This document shows, piece after piece, positions 13,340 through 26,873 of a stretch of DNA of 64,000 nt. The notes beneath the pieces were generated by a model. It saw only the letters and a list, made by a program, of their open reading frames with translations. It was not told where the DNA came from and searched no databases. The translations under genes were made by a program, and so were the position numbers. Origin of the DNA: Octopus vulgaris (Eukaryota). Each line of letters starts with the position of its first letter. The first letter of the stretch is position 1. The stretch is taken from assembly GCA_951406725.2 (NCBI GenBank), contig OX597834.1:32860001-32924000 (forward strand), read 5' to 3'.

Positions 13340-13358
13340 ATATCTGTCTGGCTGTCTG

Positions 13359-13411
<53 letters not shown>

Positions 13412-13430
13412 ATATCTGTCTGGCTGTCTG

Positions 13431-13499
<69 letters not shown>

Positions 13500-13510
13500 C
13501 TGGCTGTCTG

Positions 13511-13555
<45 letters not shown>

Positions 13556-13574
13556 ATATCTGTCTGGCTGTCTG

Positions 13575-13665
<91 letters not shown>

Positions 13666-13671
13666 GTCTGG

Positions 13672-13754
<83 letters not shown>

Positions 13755-13800
13755 CCTATCTATCTATCTATCCATCTGTCTGGCTGTCAGTCTATCTATC
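13160..13800. repeat. (TATC)n array with periodic TATCTGTCTGGCTGTCTG interruptions (higher-order repeat)
   Basis: About 7 copies of tctgtctggctg separated by variable (TATC)n. Confidence 0.85.
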
Positions 13801-13851
13801 TGTCTGTTTGTCTGTCTGTCTATTCACCTAGCTTGCTGTTATCTGTCGGTT

Positions 13852-14725
13852 TATTGAACTCAGTCAAAAGTTTTGTAATATTTCGACAACTTCCTTGCTT
13901 TATTCATCAAGTTCCAACAAACGCAGTCCAACATTCAACGTAGAGCCCATCATGTGGCACCGCCCGAAGCTGCTTTTCTGCCAGTTCTTTGACCCCACCT
14001 TCCTTCACTGAAGCTTCCCTCTCCTCTTGGTTAACGAAGAGTCGCGAGCACAAGAAGTGAGCCTTAGATCAGTACAAGTAATAATCCGGGGGAACTAGGT
14101 CCGGATTATATGCTGGGTGTTTCACCAGTTCGATCCCTTGAAGTTCCTAGGGTTCATTCCGGTTCATTCGAGCAACGGTATGAGGCCTTGCGTTGTCTTA
14201 CTGCAGAAAAGCCCGCTTTCTGTTAACCAATGTCAGACATTTTTGCCGCACTATGGAATACACCCGTTCCAGTTGTTCGGATTTTATGTTGGCATCGATG
14301 GTTCGACCGTCCGGAACGAACTCGCAGCGAATTATCCCATCATAATTCCACTAGACGCAGAGCATCCATCTTGTGTCCGCAACGCCCGTGTTTGGCGACA
14401 GGTTCCGGAAGCTGGCTCTTGTTTAACCACCGCTTATGCAGGTTAGGATTGCGGAGAAATATCTCTCTCGGATCATTACTTCTTCTGATCCACGGCTCAC
14501 TTCCTACACTGACGATGCTTCCTCAACCAAGAGAAGGTGGAAGCTTCATTAAAGGAATTCTTTGCCGCGAAGGACAAGGACTGGCATCGGCAAAGTAAAA
14601 AAAGTGGCTTCAGACGGTGCAACACGTTGGCCTCGGCTTAGAATGCTCAGCTGCTTTCGTTGAAACTCGATGAGTAAAACAAATAAATTACCAAAATATT
14701 ACAAGACTTTTGACTCAACACGATA
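13852..14725. mobile_element. Mariner relic made of two inverted 3' halves (13852-14440 minus, 14465-14725 plus)
   Basis: Minus translation MLCV*WNYDGII..EFVPDGRTID...EQLERV...LVNRKRAFLQ*DNARPH...HPAYNPDLVPPDYYL. The plus arm repeats the C-terminal coding segment and the TIR (agtcaaaagt.ttgtaatattt). TA at both outer ends. Confidence 0.85.
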
Positions 14726-14784
14726 CCTATATGTCTGTCTATCTGCCAGGCTCTCTGTCTGCCTGTCCGTTTGTTTCTGCCTGC

Positions 14785-14838
<54 letters not shown>

Positions 14839-15004
14839 AGAATTTCCATCTGTTTCACCCTTTCATCCCCTCTATCTATCTTCACCTCTCCGTATTTCTC
14901 CCCCAACACACACAGACACACACACATGCATTGACTAGTATATTTAACTGTACATAATCATACAAATCCTGATAAATATACATATACATATATATGTGTA
15001 TGTG

Positions 15005-15099
<95 letters not shown>

Positions 15100-15190
15100 A
15101 TATATATATACATATGTATGTATGTTTTTATACGCACACTCACATTTATATACTTCACACACATGTACATATAAACAATCACACACACAC

Positions 15191-15226
<36 letters not shown>

Positions 15227-15229
15227 GCA

Positions 15230-15278
<49 letters not shown>

Positions 15279-16081
15279 TAGAAAGAAAGAGAGAGAAATA
15301 GAGAGAGCACCATTCCATTCAAAAGTCTATTCATATTTTCTTCCCCTATTTCACCGCCACCACCACCACCACCACCACCACCACCACCACCACCACCACC
15401 ACCACCACCACCACCACCGCTGCCACCACCATCACCATCACCACCAACGCTGCCACCACCACTGCCACCACCACCACCACCACCACCACCACCACCACCA
15501 CCACCACCACCACCACCACCACCACCACCACCACCACCACCACCACCACCACCACCGCCACCACCACCACCACCACCACCACCACCACTCCACTACCACA
15601 ACTCCACCACCACCACTCCACCACCACCATCACCACTCCACCACCACCACCACCACCGCCACCACCACCACTACCACCACAACCCTCCCGATATTTTCAC
15701 AGTTAAACAAAGCAAGGCAAACATTATTCTCCTTCAGTACTTTTTATCTCTTCTTCTGAATATCGTTTCCATAATTTCGATTTCCATCCGAGTAAACAGT
15801 CCATTATATCCGACAGAAGAAGCGCTGCCTCGCAGACATATGAAGAGATTCCTCGGTTTAACAGAACCACAAAGCTTGCGACTCGTTTGTCAAATTAACA
15901 TGGCGGCGATTTCTGAAGGCTACTTACCTTTTAAAGTGAAATAGTACCACCACGACCGCCACGACTGCTGCAGCCGCCGCTGCCACCACCGTCACCACCA
16001 CCGAAACCACCACCACCACCACCTCCACCACCACCTCCACCACCACTACTACAACCACCGCCGCCGCTACTGCTGCTGCTG

Positions 16082-16156
<75 letters not shown>

Positions 16157-16401
16157 CACTACCACCAACACTGATACAATCATTACGACCGCTGCTGCTG
16201 CTGCTGCTGCTGTCATGGCAACAATAATTACAATTACGGCAACTACATCTACAAAGCGAAACAAGAAAGTGGAACAACAACAACAACAACAAAGGACAAA
16301 GAGCGGCAATAACAACGGTGGCGGCGGCGACGACGACGACGAAGAAGAAGAAGAAGAAGAAGAAGAAGAAGAAGAAGAAGAAGAAGAAGAAGAAGAAGAA
16401 G

Positions 16402-16432
<31 letters not shown>

Positions 16433-16647
16433 GCAACAACCAACAGCAACAACAACAATGACCCAATAACCACCGCCACCACCACCACCACCGAATCTAC
16501 TACCGCCATCATCAACACCACCACAACAACAGCGAAACGGAGAGCAACCACCGGTAATAATAACAGCAACAATGAAACACTTGTCGGATTCGGTGTTAAC
16601 AAGAAGAGCCAGGAGTTTAATGGAGTTTAATAAGAGTTACACTAACA

Positions 16648-16832
<185 letters not shown>

Positions 16833-16847
16833 TAGATATATATATAT

Positions 16848-16901
<54 letters not shown>

Positions 16902-17111
16902 TAAGTGAGTGAGGTGAAAGAGAGAAAGAGTGGAATAGAAGGAGAGAGAGAGAGAGAGACAGGCAGACAGAGACAGAAAGGGAGTGAAAAAGACAGAGAG
17001 AGGTAGAGGAGGAGAGACTGACTGACGTAACGTGGGGTATGCAAGGTCTACGGACCGCATCGGGTGGCGACTTAATACACCATACGTGTTTTTGCTGTCG
17101 TCGGAGGTGTG

Positions 17112-17115
17112 TTAC
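17112..17115 (-). CDS. Probable terminal coding exon of an unidentified host gene (completes ATG, then TAA)
   Basis: Strong acceptor cccacttctttacag|G; phase matches the 17418 donor (at|g taa). Confidence 0.4.
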
Positions 17116-17417
17116 CTGTAAAGAAGTGGGCCGACAATTTGACTACCGCATGGGTCGCCAAAACGCAGGAAACGGCATTTTGTTTTAATGGGTGGTACTT
17201 TCAACATGACACCTGTTTTAACGTCACACTTAGTTCTCTTGGATTCCTTCAGTGGACACTCAGCGTCGGCTCTTTGAATTACAAGTACAACACATCCGAT
17301 GGAGCAGGACGAGGGCACTGTTTCCGTCCACTCAATTTCATTCATAAGGTTTAGAGTGTCTCGAGAATGTGGTACGAGACTTTTGCGCATGGTGCCGTGG
17401 AGTGAGATTGAACTTAC

Positions 17418-17554
17418 ATGGGCCCTGGCCCGAAAGTCGTCCTGAACAGGCGGGTCAGGTATTCCTCGTCGACGTCCAGGTTCGCCCCGAGCTCGTGGTC
17501 GTTCCTCCCCTCCACTAATCCCCTATAGAATGCTTTGGTTGTGATGGAGTCAAC
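17418..17554 (-). CDS. Internal coding exon of an unidentified host gene: VDSITTKAFYRGLVEGRNDHELGANLDVDEEYLTRLFRTTFGPGP
   Basis: Acceptor tcgtcttgtag|, donor |GTAAGT. 137 nt, open in only one frame, with very high third-position GC in an AT-rich background. Confidence 0.7.
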
Positions 17555-17805
17555 CTACAAGACGACTGGTCTTGTGCTTAAACCAGAATCATTATAAAGC
17601 GAACATCTTAATTAAATGTTTAAGAGCCAAATGTCTCTAAAACGATGGCTTGCATATTCATCCTTAAAACGCCTCGGTAGATACGAATCCGAATACAGTA
17701 ATCATTGTTGCGTTTCGTCGTTAGAGAACAACTTCTCTTTACAGACAAATAATGCGTTCATAACTCGCTCAATTCATTAGTGTAAGGAAACTTTGAGTAA
17801 CCCTG

Positions 17806-17853
17806 TTGTTTCGACATCGTTGTGTCTCGTCAGCCGAAGTTACTTCGGACAAA
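17806..17853 (-). ncRNA. Hammerhead-like motif (type-III topology)
   Basis: Reverse complement UUGUC-CGAAG(UAA)CUUCG-G-CUGACGA-GACA(CAACGA)UGUC-GAAAC-AA. Core is canonical; there is one extra G before the core. Confidence 0.5.
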
Positions 17854-18318
17854 TAAAGCTAACAAGAAATTGCGGCTCTTTTTTTTTATCTTTTATGTTT
17901 TACTTGTTCCAGCCATTAGACTGCGGCCATGCTGGGGCACAGCCTTGAAGAATTTTTAGTCGAATGAATCGACCCCAGTACACATAGAGATAGGGGAAGG
18001 AATAAAGGGGAATTAGAGAGAGAAAGAGAGGGAGAGATGGAGAGAAACATAAAAACGTCGGATGTCAATTAAGTCAGAGTAAGAGCAACACCATAAAAGG
18101 CATCGACGATGACAGTTGCGGCGACGACGATGGCACCAAACTAGGAAGACCTTAGAAGAACTCAGTTCGCGTTATCCCAGAATGCAACGCTGCATCCGGA
18201 AGGATTCGTAAGGCCATCGACATGAAGGAAACCAAATAAGACAACAGGAGAAACAACCTGAACGTAAGAGGGAGCACGATCAGTGCGCTTCCCTGCTACT
18301 CAATGCACTACAACATTA

Positions 18319-18385
<67 letters not shown>

Positions 18386-18996
18386 ACACCACCACCACCA
18401 CCACCACAACCATCGCCGTCACCACTATCGCCGTCACCACTATCACATCCACCACCGATACCGCTATTGCAACCACCATGAACACCACTACAACCAACAC
18501 CACTATCAATACCACCACCACCACCACCACTACTACTATTATTATCATGGCAGCCAACGCCGCAACAAACACCACAAACACCATCACCACCACCACCAAC
18601 GTCACAACCACCACTACTCCTACGACTACCATCACTACTACTACTACTACTGTCACCACCACCACCACCACCACAACCACTATTTCTACTACGCTTTAGA
18701 ACTAATTTTAAAAAGAAAAGTAAAAAGAAATACAAGAAAAAAAAAGGGCAAAAGAAGAGGGGGAAGAGAGAAGACAGGGGAAAGGAAAGAAAAGCTTTTC
18801 TCCATCTGACATTTGGTAAGCGTCCCGAGCGCCAAAAGTTGTCGTTATTTCTTAAAATAACCACCGCCACCCCACAACCCGATTTTTATAACTAGATAAT
18901 AACATAACCAGTTCTAACTAGATTATCGATTAACCTTGGCCAATAACTACTGTTGTGCAGGAAATTGATTTGGCAATCACCGTTTGTCCTCGGTAC

Positions 18997-19053
18997 CTTG
19001 AGGAGTTGCCAAAGGGGCCGTTCATATTCGTTCGCTTCTGGGGGTTGGGTTCG
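18997..19053 (-). CDS. Probable 57-nt coding exon RTQPPEANEYERPLWQLLK
   Basis: Acceptor cccattccctcactcag|, donor AAG|GTACCG; phase 0-0, in frame with the 17554 exon. Confidence 0.5.
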
Positions 19054-19111
19054 CTGAGTGAGGGAATGGGGGCATTTAAAACTTTATTTATAAGGTTTAT
19101 TTATTTATTTA

Positions 19112-19152
<41 letters not shown>

Positions 19153-19174
<22 letters not shown>

Positions 19175-19765
19175 TTTTTTTTTCTTCTTTCAAATTTGCT
19201 TCCATTTCTTGCCGAGTGTCTTCCCGACTCCTAGGGCAAAGAAACTCATAGTATACATTGGTAGGCCATTAAACCAAACTCAGTAGTTCGTTCATTTAAA
19301 AAAAATTTTTTTTTTAAAGTTAAATTAAAATACATGAGCAGCAACAGTTCTCACATCGACAATGCTCTTCTCAATACGTGTGATGTACCAGTTAAGACAA
19401 TCTTTTGCACTTCTTGCAGGGATGGTAAGCCAGGGATCATTCTCATATAATTTTCGGTTCCCTTCTTGATCATTCCTGGTGCTCCTACGATCACTGGTAT
19501 TGTACCCGCCTTGAGATGCCACATTTTCTCAATTTCAATGAGTAGGTCTTTATATTTTCTGAGCTTGTCAAACTCTTTCGCTGAGATATTATGATCACAG
19601 GGGATGCTCATGTCGATCAATAAGCAAACTTTATTGTTTTGGTCTTTCACAACAATATCTGGTTTATTGGCCTTGATGGTTCGGTCTGTATGTACTGGAA
19701 AGTCCCACAGAATGGTTACATTTTCTCCTTTGGAAAGTCCCACAGAATGGTTACATTTTCTCCTT
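19153..19765 (-). mobile_element. 5'-truncated R4/Dong-like LINE (RLE domain + 3'UTR)
   Basis: ORF 19351-19743 ILWDFPVHTDRTIKANKPDIVV...LIDMSIP...KLRKYKDL..EI..MW...IPVIVGA.G. Flanked by (ATT)n on the plus strand. Confidence 0.9.
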
Positions 19766-19783
19766 TTATTATTATTATTATTA

Positions 19784-19839
<56 letters not shown>

Positions 19840-19845
19840 TTTATT

Positions 19846-20050
19846 GGCGAGCTGGCAGAAACGTTAGCACGCCGGGCGAAATGCTTAGCGGCATTTCGTC
19901 CATCTTTACGTTGTGAGTTCAAATTCTATCGAGGCCGACTTTGCCTTTCATCCTTTTGAGGTTGATAAAACAAGTACCAGTTGAAAACTGGGGTCGATGC
20001 AATCTACTTACTCCTTGCCCGAAAATGCTGGTCTTGTGCTATAATTAGAA
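19846..20050 (+). mobile_element. SINE family A
   Basis: ggcgagctggcagaaacgttagc head, gagttcaaatt B-box-like motif, (ATT)n flanks. Confidence 0.85.
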
Positions 20051-20214
20051 AGTATTATTATTGATTGAGAGAGCAGTGCATGCCATCAAGGTGACACTGG
20101 GGTACAAATATACGAAGCCCAGTATACCAATCATGACTACTCGTCTGATAAGGGTACCCTAGGCACATGCATCACAACAATATGTGCGCGACATTGTGAT
20201 CTTATATCAAGATA

Positions 20215-20404
20215 TATTTCTTTACTGCCTACAAGGGGCTAAACATAGAGGGGACAAACAAGGACAGACAAAGGGATTAAGTCGATTACATCGACCCCAG
20301 TTGGAAACTGGTACTTTATTTATCGACCCCGAAAGGATGAAAGGCAAAGTCGACCTCGGCGGAATTTGAACTCAGACCGTAACGACAGACGAAATACGGC
20401 TACT
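20215..20404 (-). mobile_element. 5'-truncated SINE family A variant nested in an unclassified segment (20065-20722), with AAGATA target-site duplication
   Basis: aagata at 20209-20214 and 20405-20410 brackets the insert. Confidence 0.7.
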
Positions 20405-20751
20405 AAGATAACCAGCGCATGACCTTGCAGGCGGGGCCCAGTTAAAATTTTCTTCTGATCGAGTAGCCCATCCCACTCAAGAGGTCCCTGAATAAGGGTC
20501 GTTTAAGGATGCTGAATGAAACACACATGTTTCCAGAGGTGAATTATCCAGACCCCAAAGAATTCCTCTCAACGCGTGGCTACGATGCTCCCCCACTACT
20601 TCTGCTAGTGCTCAGAGATGCACATATCGTCAATCACCAACGAACATTTCTCAACTGATTAAGGTCAAACAAATGCCAAGCAAATCTGTGGTATTGAGCA
20701 GAATATTTGCTGTAGCCCATCTTTATTATTATTATTATTATTATTATTATT

Positions 20752-20949
20752 GGCGAGCTGGTAGAACTGTTAGCACCCCGGGCGAAATGATTAGCAGTAT
20801 TTCGTCTGTCTTTACGTTCTCAGTTCAAATTCCGTCGAGGTCGACTTTGCCTTTCATCCTTTCGGGGTCGATAAATTAAGTACCAGTTGCGCACTGGGGT
20901 CGATCTAGCCCCCCCCCAAATTTCGGGCCTTGTGCCTAAAGAAGAAAAG

Positions 20950-20950
<1 letters not shown>
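20752..20950 (+). mobile_element. SINE family A
   Basis: Same structure as 19846; (ATT)n on both sides. Confidence 0.85.
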
Positions 20951-20995
<45 letters not shown>

Positions 20996-20996
<1 letters not shown>

Positions 20997-21135
20997 TTTT
21001 TTTTTTCTTCTTTCAAATTTGCTTCCATTTCTTGCCGAGTGTCTTCCCGACTCCTAGGGCAAAGAAACTCATAGTATACATTGGTAGGCCATTAAACCAA
21101 ACTCAGTAGTTCGTTCGTTTTTTAAAAATTTTTTT
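20996..21135 (-). mobile_element. 3'UTR-only copy of the R4/Dong-like subfamily at 19153
   Basis: Near-identical to 19155-19295 (caaatttgcttccatttcttgccgagtgtcttcccgactcctagggcaaagaaactc...). Embedded in (ATT)n. Confidence 0.85.
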
Positions 21136-21136
21136 A

Positions 21137-21235
<99 letters not shown>

Positions 21236-21307
21236 TCAGCGGTGGTGCCCCAGCATGGCCGCGACCTTCGGGCTAAGACATTTTTAAGGATTTAAGGATT
21301 ATTATTA

Positions 21308-21406
<99 letters not shown>

Positions 21407-21539
21407 GTCTTTTACCGTACAAACTTAGTGATCATTCGCATGGTTGTGTAATAGAACAGGGTGGCTTGTTGGGTGGGTGTGGGCTTCAGCTTCTCCAGCA
21501 ATCATTTCCTTCCTTTCCATGCCCCCCACCCCACCCCAC

Positions 21540-21606
21540 CAGCCTCATCCTCAAAAAAATCAAATCCGAGTTGCATGTTAAATTTTTCCATATTTTTATT
21601 GGTCGG
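21540..21606 (-). CDS. Possible coding exon RPIKIWKNLTCNSDLIFLRMRL
   Basis: Acceptor cttcaatcgtttcag|, weak donor CTG|GTGGGG; ends in phase 0, compatible with the 19053 exon. Confidence 0.35.
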
Positions 21607-21980
21607 CTGAAACGATTGAAGTGTGTGTGGAAGGGTGATGGTGGTGGTGGTGGTGGTGGTGTTAGTGGTGGCGGCGTTGGTGTTGGTAGTGGAGATGGTG
21701 GTGCTGGCGGCAGTGGTGGTAGTGGTGGTGATGGCACAGTAGTCGAGGAGGCAGCAGCGTTGGTATTGGTGGAGGTGGCGGACGATGTTATTGTTATAGT
21801 TGCTATTGTTGTTGTTGTTGTTGTTGTTAGTGGTGGTGGTGGTGGTGGTACGGGTCTGGTGTGGTATTGGCAGTGGCACTAGTGCTGTGGGCTCGTGTTC
21901 TTCCAACTGTTGTTGTACTGGCGCTAGTGATAGTGGTGTGGTGTGGTGTGGCGATGGTAGTAGGAGTAGTAGTGGTGGTG

Positions 21981-22024
<44 letters not shown>

Positions 22025-22032
22025 TGTATTAT

Positions 22033-22082
<50 letters not shown>

Positions 22083-22153
22083 ACTATAGTGTTGGCAGTG
22101 GTGTTAGTTGATTTGGACAAGTTTCGTTGTTATTGTTCTTTCTTCTTCTTCTT

Positions 22154-22222
<69 letters not shown>

Positions 22223-22704
22223 GTTGTTGTTGTTGTTATTGTTGTTATTATTATTATTATTGTTGTTGTCGTTGTTGTTGTTGTTGTTATTGGAGTTGGT
22301 GATGATGGTGGTATGAAAGGTGGTGGTAGTGGGGCTGGTGGTGGCGCTGCTGCTGCTGGTGGCGGTGGCATCAGATACCAATTGTGATGGTAGTGTTGGC
22401 GTTGGCAGTAGCGATGACGGTGGGGAGAGGGGGGCGCTCAGTGTCGGTTGGCGGCGGGAAAAGAGAAGTTTAACTTCCGCCAGGTACATTGGCGCCATTT
22501 TTAATTTCTTACAATTTCATTCGATTTCGTTCAATTAAATTCAACTTATTGTCATTGTAGGCAAAACACAATGAAAAACCAAGTCTGGAGTCCAAATTGC
22601 ACCAAATCACGGCTCATTTTCGATGTCTGCTGCTTCGCTTCTCTGCATCGTCCTCCATGTTAGCATCACGTTACGTAATCAGAATAATATTTGTATATGT
22701 AACA

Positions 22705-22772
<68 letters not shown>

Positions 22773-22844
22773 GTTTGTCTGTCTGTCTGTCCGTCCATCC
22801 GTCTGTCCGTCCATATATCCGTCCCTCAATTCATCCATCCATCC

Positions 22845-22964
<120 letters not shown>

Positions 22965-22965
22965 G

Positions 22966-23008
<43 letters not shown>

Positions 23009-23139
23009 GTCTCTTTATCTATTTATACACACACATACATAATATATATGCATATGTGTGTGTGTATGTACGTGTGTATGTGTGTGTGCATGTGTGCGTG
23101 TGTGTATATTTATATATATAAATATGTATTCATATATCT

Positions 23140-23352
23140 ATGTGTGTGTGTCTGTGTGTGTTTGTCCCTCACCGGCACTTGACAACCGTTAATAGTGTGT
23201 TTACATCCCCGTAATTCAGCGGTTCGTCAAACGAGAACGTTAGAATAAGTACTAAGCTTCAAAAAATAAGTCCTAGAGTCGATTCGTTCCACTAAAACCT
23301 TGCAAGGCGTTGCCCCAGCATGGCCGCTGTCAAATGACAGAAACAAGTAATA
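23140..23352 (+). mobile_element. SINE family B, 3' part
   Basis: tgtttgtccc...cttgacaaccg...gaataagtact...ccagcatggccgc. Confidence 0.75.
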
Positions 23353-23769
23353 GCGTAACTGTGGTATGTGTGTTTTATAATTAATTTTTTAAAATTGTTT
23401 TGCTGCCATTAATTTATTTGGTATTTCTGTGACTTATTTATATTCGAATCTATAAATTACTGTGAACGACCCTCTTTTTCCAGACGACCCTCTTTTTCAT
23501 TCACAGACACCCCCAACGAACCCAGGGCAAGTGAGGCCCTTTGGCGGCTGTTTAGCTGCTCATCTAAGAGACAGTGACTCCATGTAAATGCTGCGCTCTT
23601 ATAACCAGTAGCACGGCCCCTACCCACTTCTGCCCCACCTGTGGGAGGGGCTTCCTTGCCCGGATTGGCCTCACCAGCCACCCCCGGTCCCATGACGGCA
23701 GTTCCAGCAGATGATGTCAGGGGTTATCTTCGAACCCGAAGGACGTACATTATATATATATTGAACTCG

Positions 23770-24095
23770 TAACGCTTGCTTCGCCAGACCAATACGAGTT
23801 TCAAGATTGAGAGAGTGGCACTCGTTCTGCACACACCATGTCCACTAGAATAAAAAAAATACCATCGTCCAGGTTATTCAGCAAACCAAGGCACCAGTAT
23901 ATTTTGTTCATAAGTCTTGTGTCAACGAGGACTGGCAAAGGATGCTACTGTAACATGTGCAACCGGATCTGCTAATCCCGGATAGGCCTGAATTCCCACT
24001 TGAGACTTAATGACAAAGCACTGAACTAAGATCATTATGCAGCTGTGTCTTGCCGAGTCCTTACTCGTCGAAGCGACGACGGAGTCCACCATCAC
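23770..24095. mobile_element. RTE LINE relic: minus-strand internal piece next to plus-strand 3' end
   Basis: Minus SLNLETRIGLAKQA; plus CNMCNRIC*SRIGLNSHLR (RTE C-terminal C2H2 finger) followed by a short UTR. Confidence 0.6.
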
Positions 24096-24422
24096 CACCG
24101 CCATTACCGTTCCGTGCTTGCTGCACAATTTCAATCTTGAACTGCGTGACAAATAACTCGTATTCGGAACAGCATAGATATTCCTGTTCGTATTATTGCA
24201 ATTTTTACCTTTTATTATGAATCCTGAATGGTCTTAATGGTAGCAAAAAAAGTGGAGGGAGAAAATAAAACGAAACACGATAGATTGTTTACAAGATATT
24301 TAGTTACATCATCTTACGTACATTTCATTAACAATGTGTGTGTGTGTGTGTCTGTGTGTGTCTGTTTTTTTAGTGTATCCATACGTGTGGATGTATGGAT
24401 GTGTATATATAAATATACATAC

Positions 24423-24602
<180 letters not shown>

Positions 24603-24715
24603 CATACTCGTAAATATGATGGATGTATGTATGCATGTTTGTATGAACCTATTGTGTAGACACACACAAGCAGATGTGAATGTCTATATATATATACATT
24701 CATACATGTGTGTGT

Positions 24716-24747
<32 letters not shown>

Positions 24748-24854
24748 ACAGGGAGCGAGAGTAAGGGAAAGAGGGATGGAGAGAGGGTGAGATAGAGAGA
24801 TAGAGAACGGGGTTTAGTTACCCAGACAAGTTGCCCTCCTCCCCATTCGTATAC

Positions 24855-24890
<36 letters not shown>

Positions 24891-25154
24891 TTTCACTTCT
24901 GCACACGCATATTATACCAAGACACGCACGTCCATGGATAAATACACACACGAGCACATACACAAGTACATACACACACATACACAAGCACACACAAACA
25001 CACACACACACTACCAGGTGCACACTGTCCTGTAATTAAGACCTGCGTCTGTGTCCAATGCCAGAACTGTCCGATACGATACATAGATACACACCCGTAC
25101 ACTTACACACACGCATATGTATAACGTATAGACATATTCATATCCCTCCCTCGT

Positions 25155-25193
<39 letters not shown>

Positions 25194-25721
25194 CAGGCAT
25201 ACACATATTTCTGTAATTAGAGCCAAAGTCTGGATCCAATGGCAAGGTGAGCCAAAACAACACACACACATACCCACACACACACATACCCACACACACA
25301 CACATACATACACGCGTGCGCAGGAACACACGCACACACACACACTGTGCACACATATACACACTGTTATGTACATACATTCACACACGCGTACGCACAC
25401 ACACCTACACACACACAAACACACACACATTAAGCGTACACTTCGTTATTCACACAAAAGCACGTATATTGGTATTCATGTATACATACACATACACACA
25501 GACACACACAAAGAGCTACGTACACACACAAGGGCACACTGCTTATTACAGACAAAAGCATAACACATCCGTACACGTACACACGCATGTACACATACAG
25601 CTATTTCCATACGTACACACACACACACACACAGACACACTTTCAGACACACACATACACACACAAGTGCACACACGTACAAACATATAAACTCCTGTTC
25701 ATACACATAATAAACACATGT

Positions 25722-25752
<31 letters not shown>

Positions 25753-26389
25753 AGCGGAGTACAAAAGCCCACATTTGTACAAACGCACACACACACAAAC
25801 ACAAGCTTCTTACTACATATGTACACACAAATATGAGTAAAGGCGCTCGTACATATATGTACACGCACACACACACACATTCGCATACATACACACAAAC
25901 TACTTACATACGTACACACACATACAAGCAATTTACTACGCGCGCGCGCGCATACATACACATTCACATGCATACAATGACCCACATACACACACACCGC
26001 TTACATACGTACACACACGTACAAATTCGCACACATACAAACATTCACGCACACACACATAAACTACATACATACGCACACATACATTCAAACACACACA
26101 CACAAACTAGTTATGTATACATACACATATTCGCACACATTCACGCACACACAGAGACTACTTACGTACACACACGTACAAATTCGCACGCATACAAACA
26201 TTCACGCACACACACACAAACACACACAGATAAACTACTTACATACGCACACACATTAGCACACATACATTCAAAGACACGCACACACACAAACTAGTTA
26301 CGTATACATACACACATTCACACACATTCACGCACACACACAGACTTTTTACATACGTACAGACACACACACAGACTACTTACATATGT

Positions 26390-26433
<44 letters not shown>

Positions 26434-26818
26434 ACATACATACACACAAATACACACACCTAGATAAACGTACATTCTGCCGTACGCGCACAGATACACC
26501 ACACACATCGCGTTGTCAACGTTCCCAAAAGTAGACATAACAACCGATAATGTGCATCCAACACGTGCGAAAATACGTGAATGGAACAGAGTTTGTAGTT
26601 ATACGGAAGGACGGTGGTGAGGAAGGCGACATCGAAGGGGATTATGGGAGTGGTTGTATTAGGAATGTGGTGCGAGAAAAATAGTGCAGTCATTGAACTA
26701 ACGGCATGAATTGTGACCGGCGGAAGACGAATCGATATCACTACGCCCACCCAAATAGCTTCGCTGAAGCTGAATGGAGAAGTCCAGCGGTGAGATGGCA
26801 AGGCGTGGGGCGGCGTTT

Positions 26819-26873
<55 letters not shown>

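Noticed and set aside
22470-22502. YY1-like AAAATGGCG plus ETS-like GCGGAAGT as a promoter (minus strand)
   Set aside because: Short motifs only; no CpG island or transcript evidence, and the site lies within a predicted intron.
26460-26801. 113-aa non-repetitive minus-strand ORF or exon
   Set aside because: No recognisable motif, ambiguous frame and splice sites; cannot be linked to the other exons.
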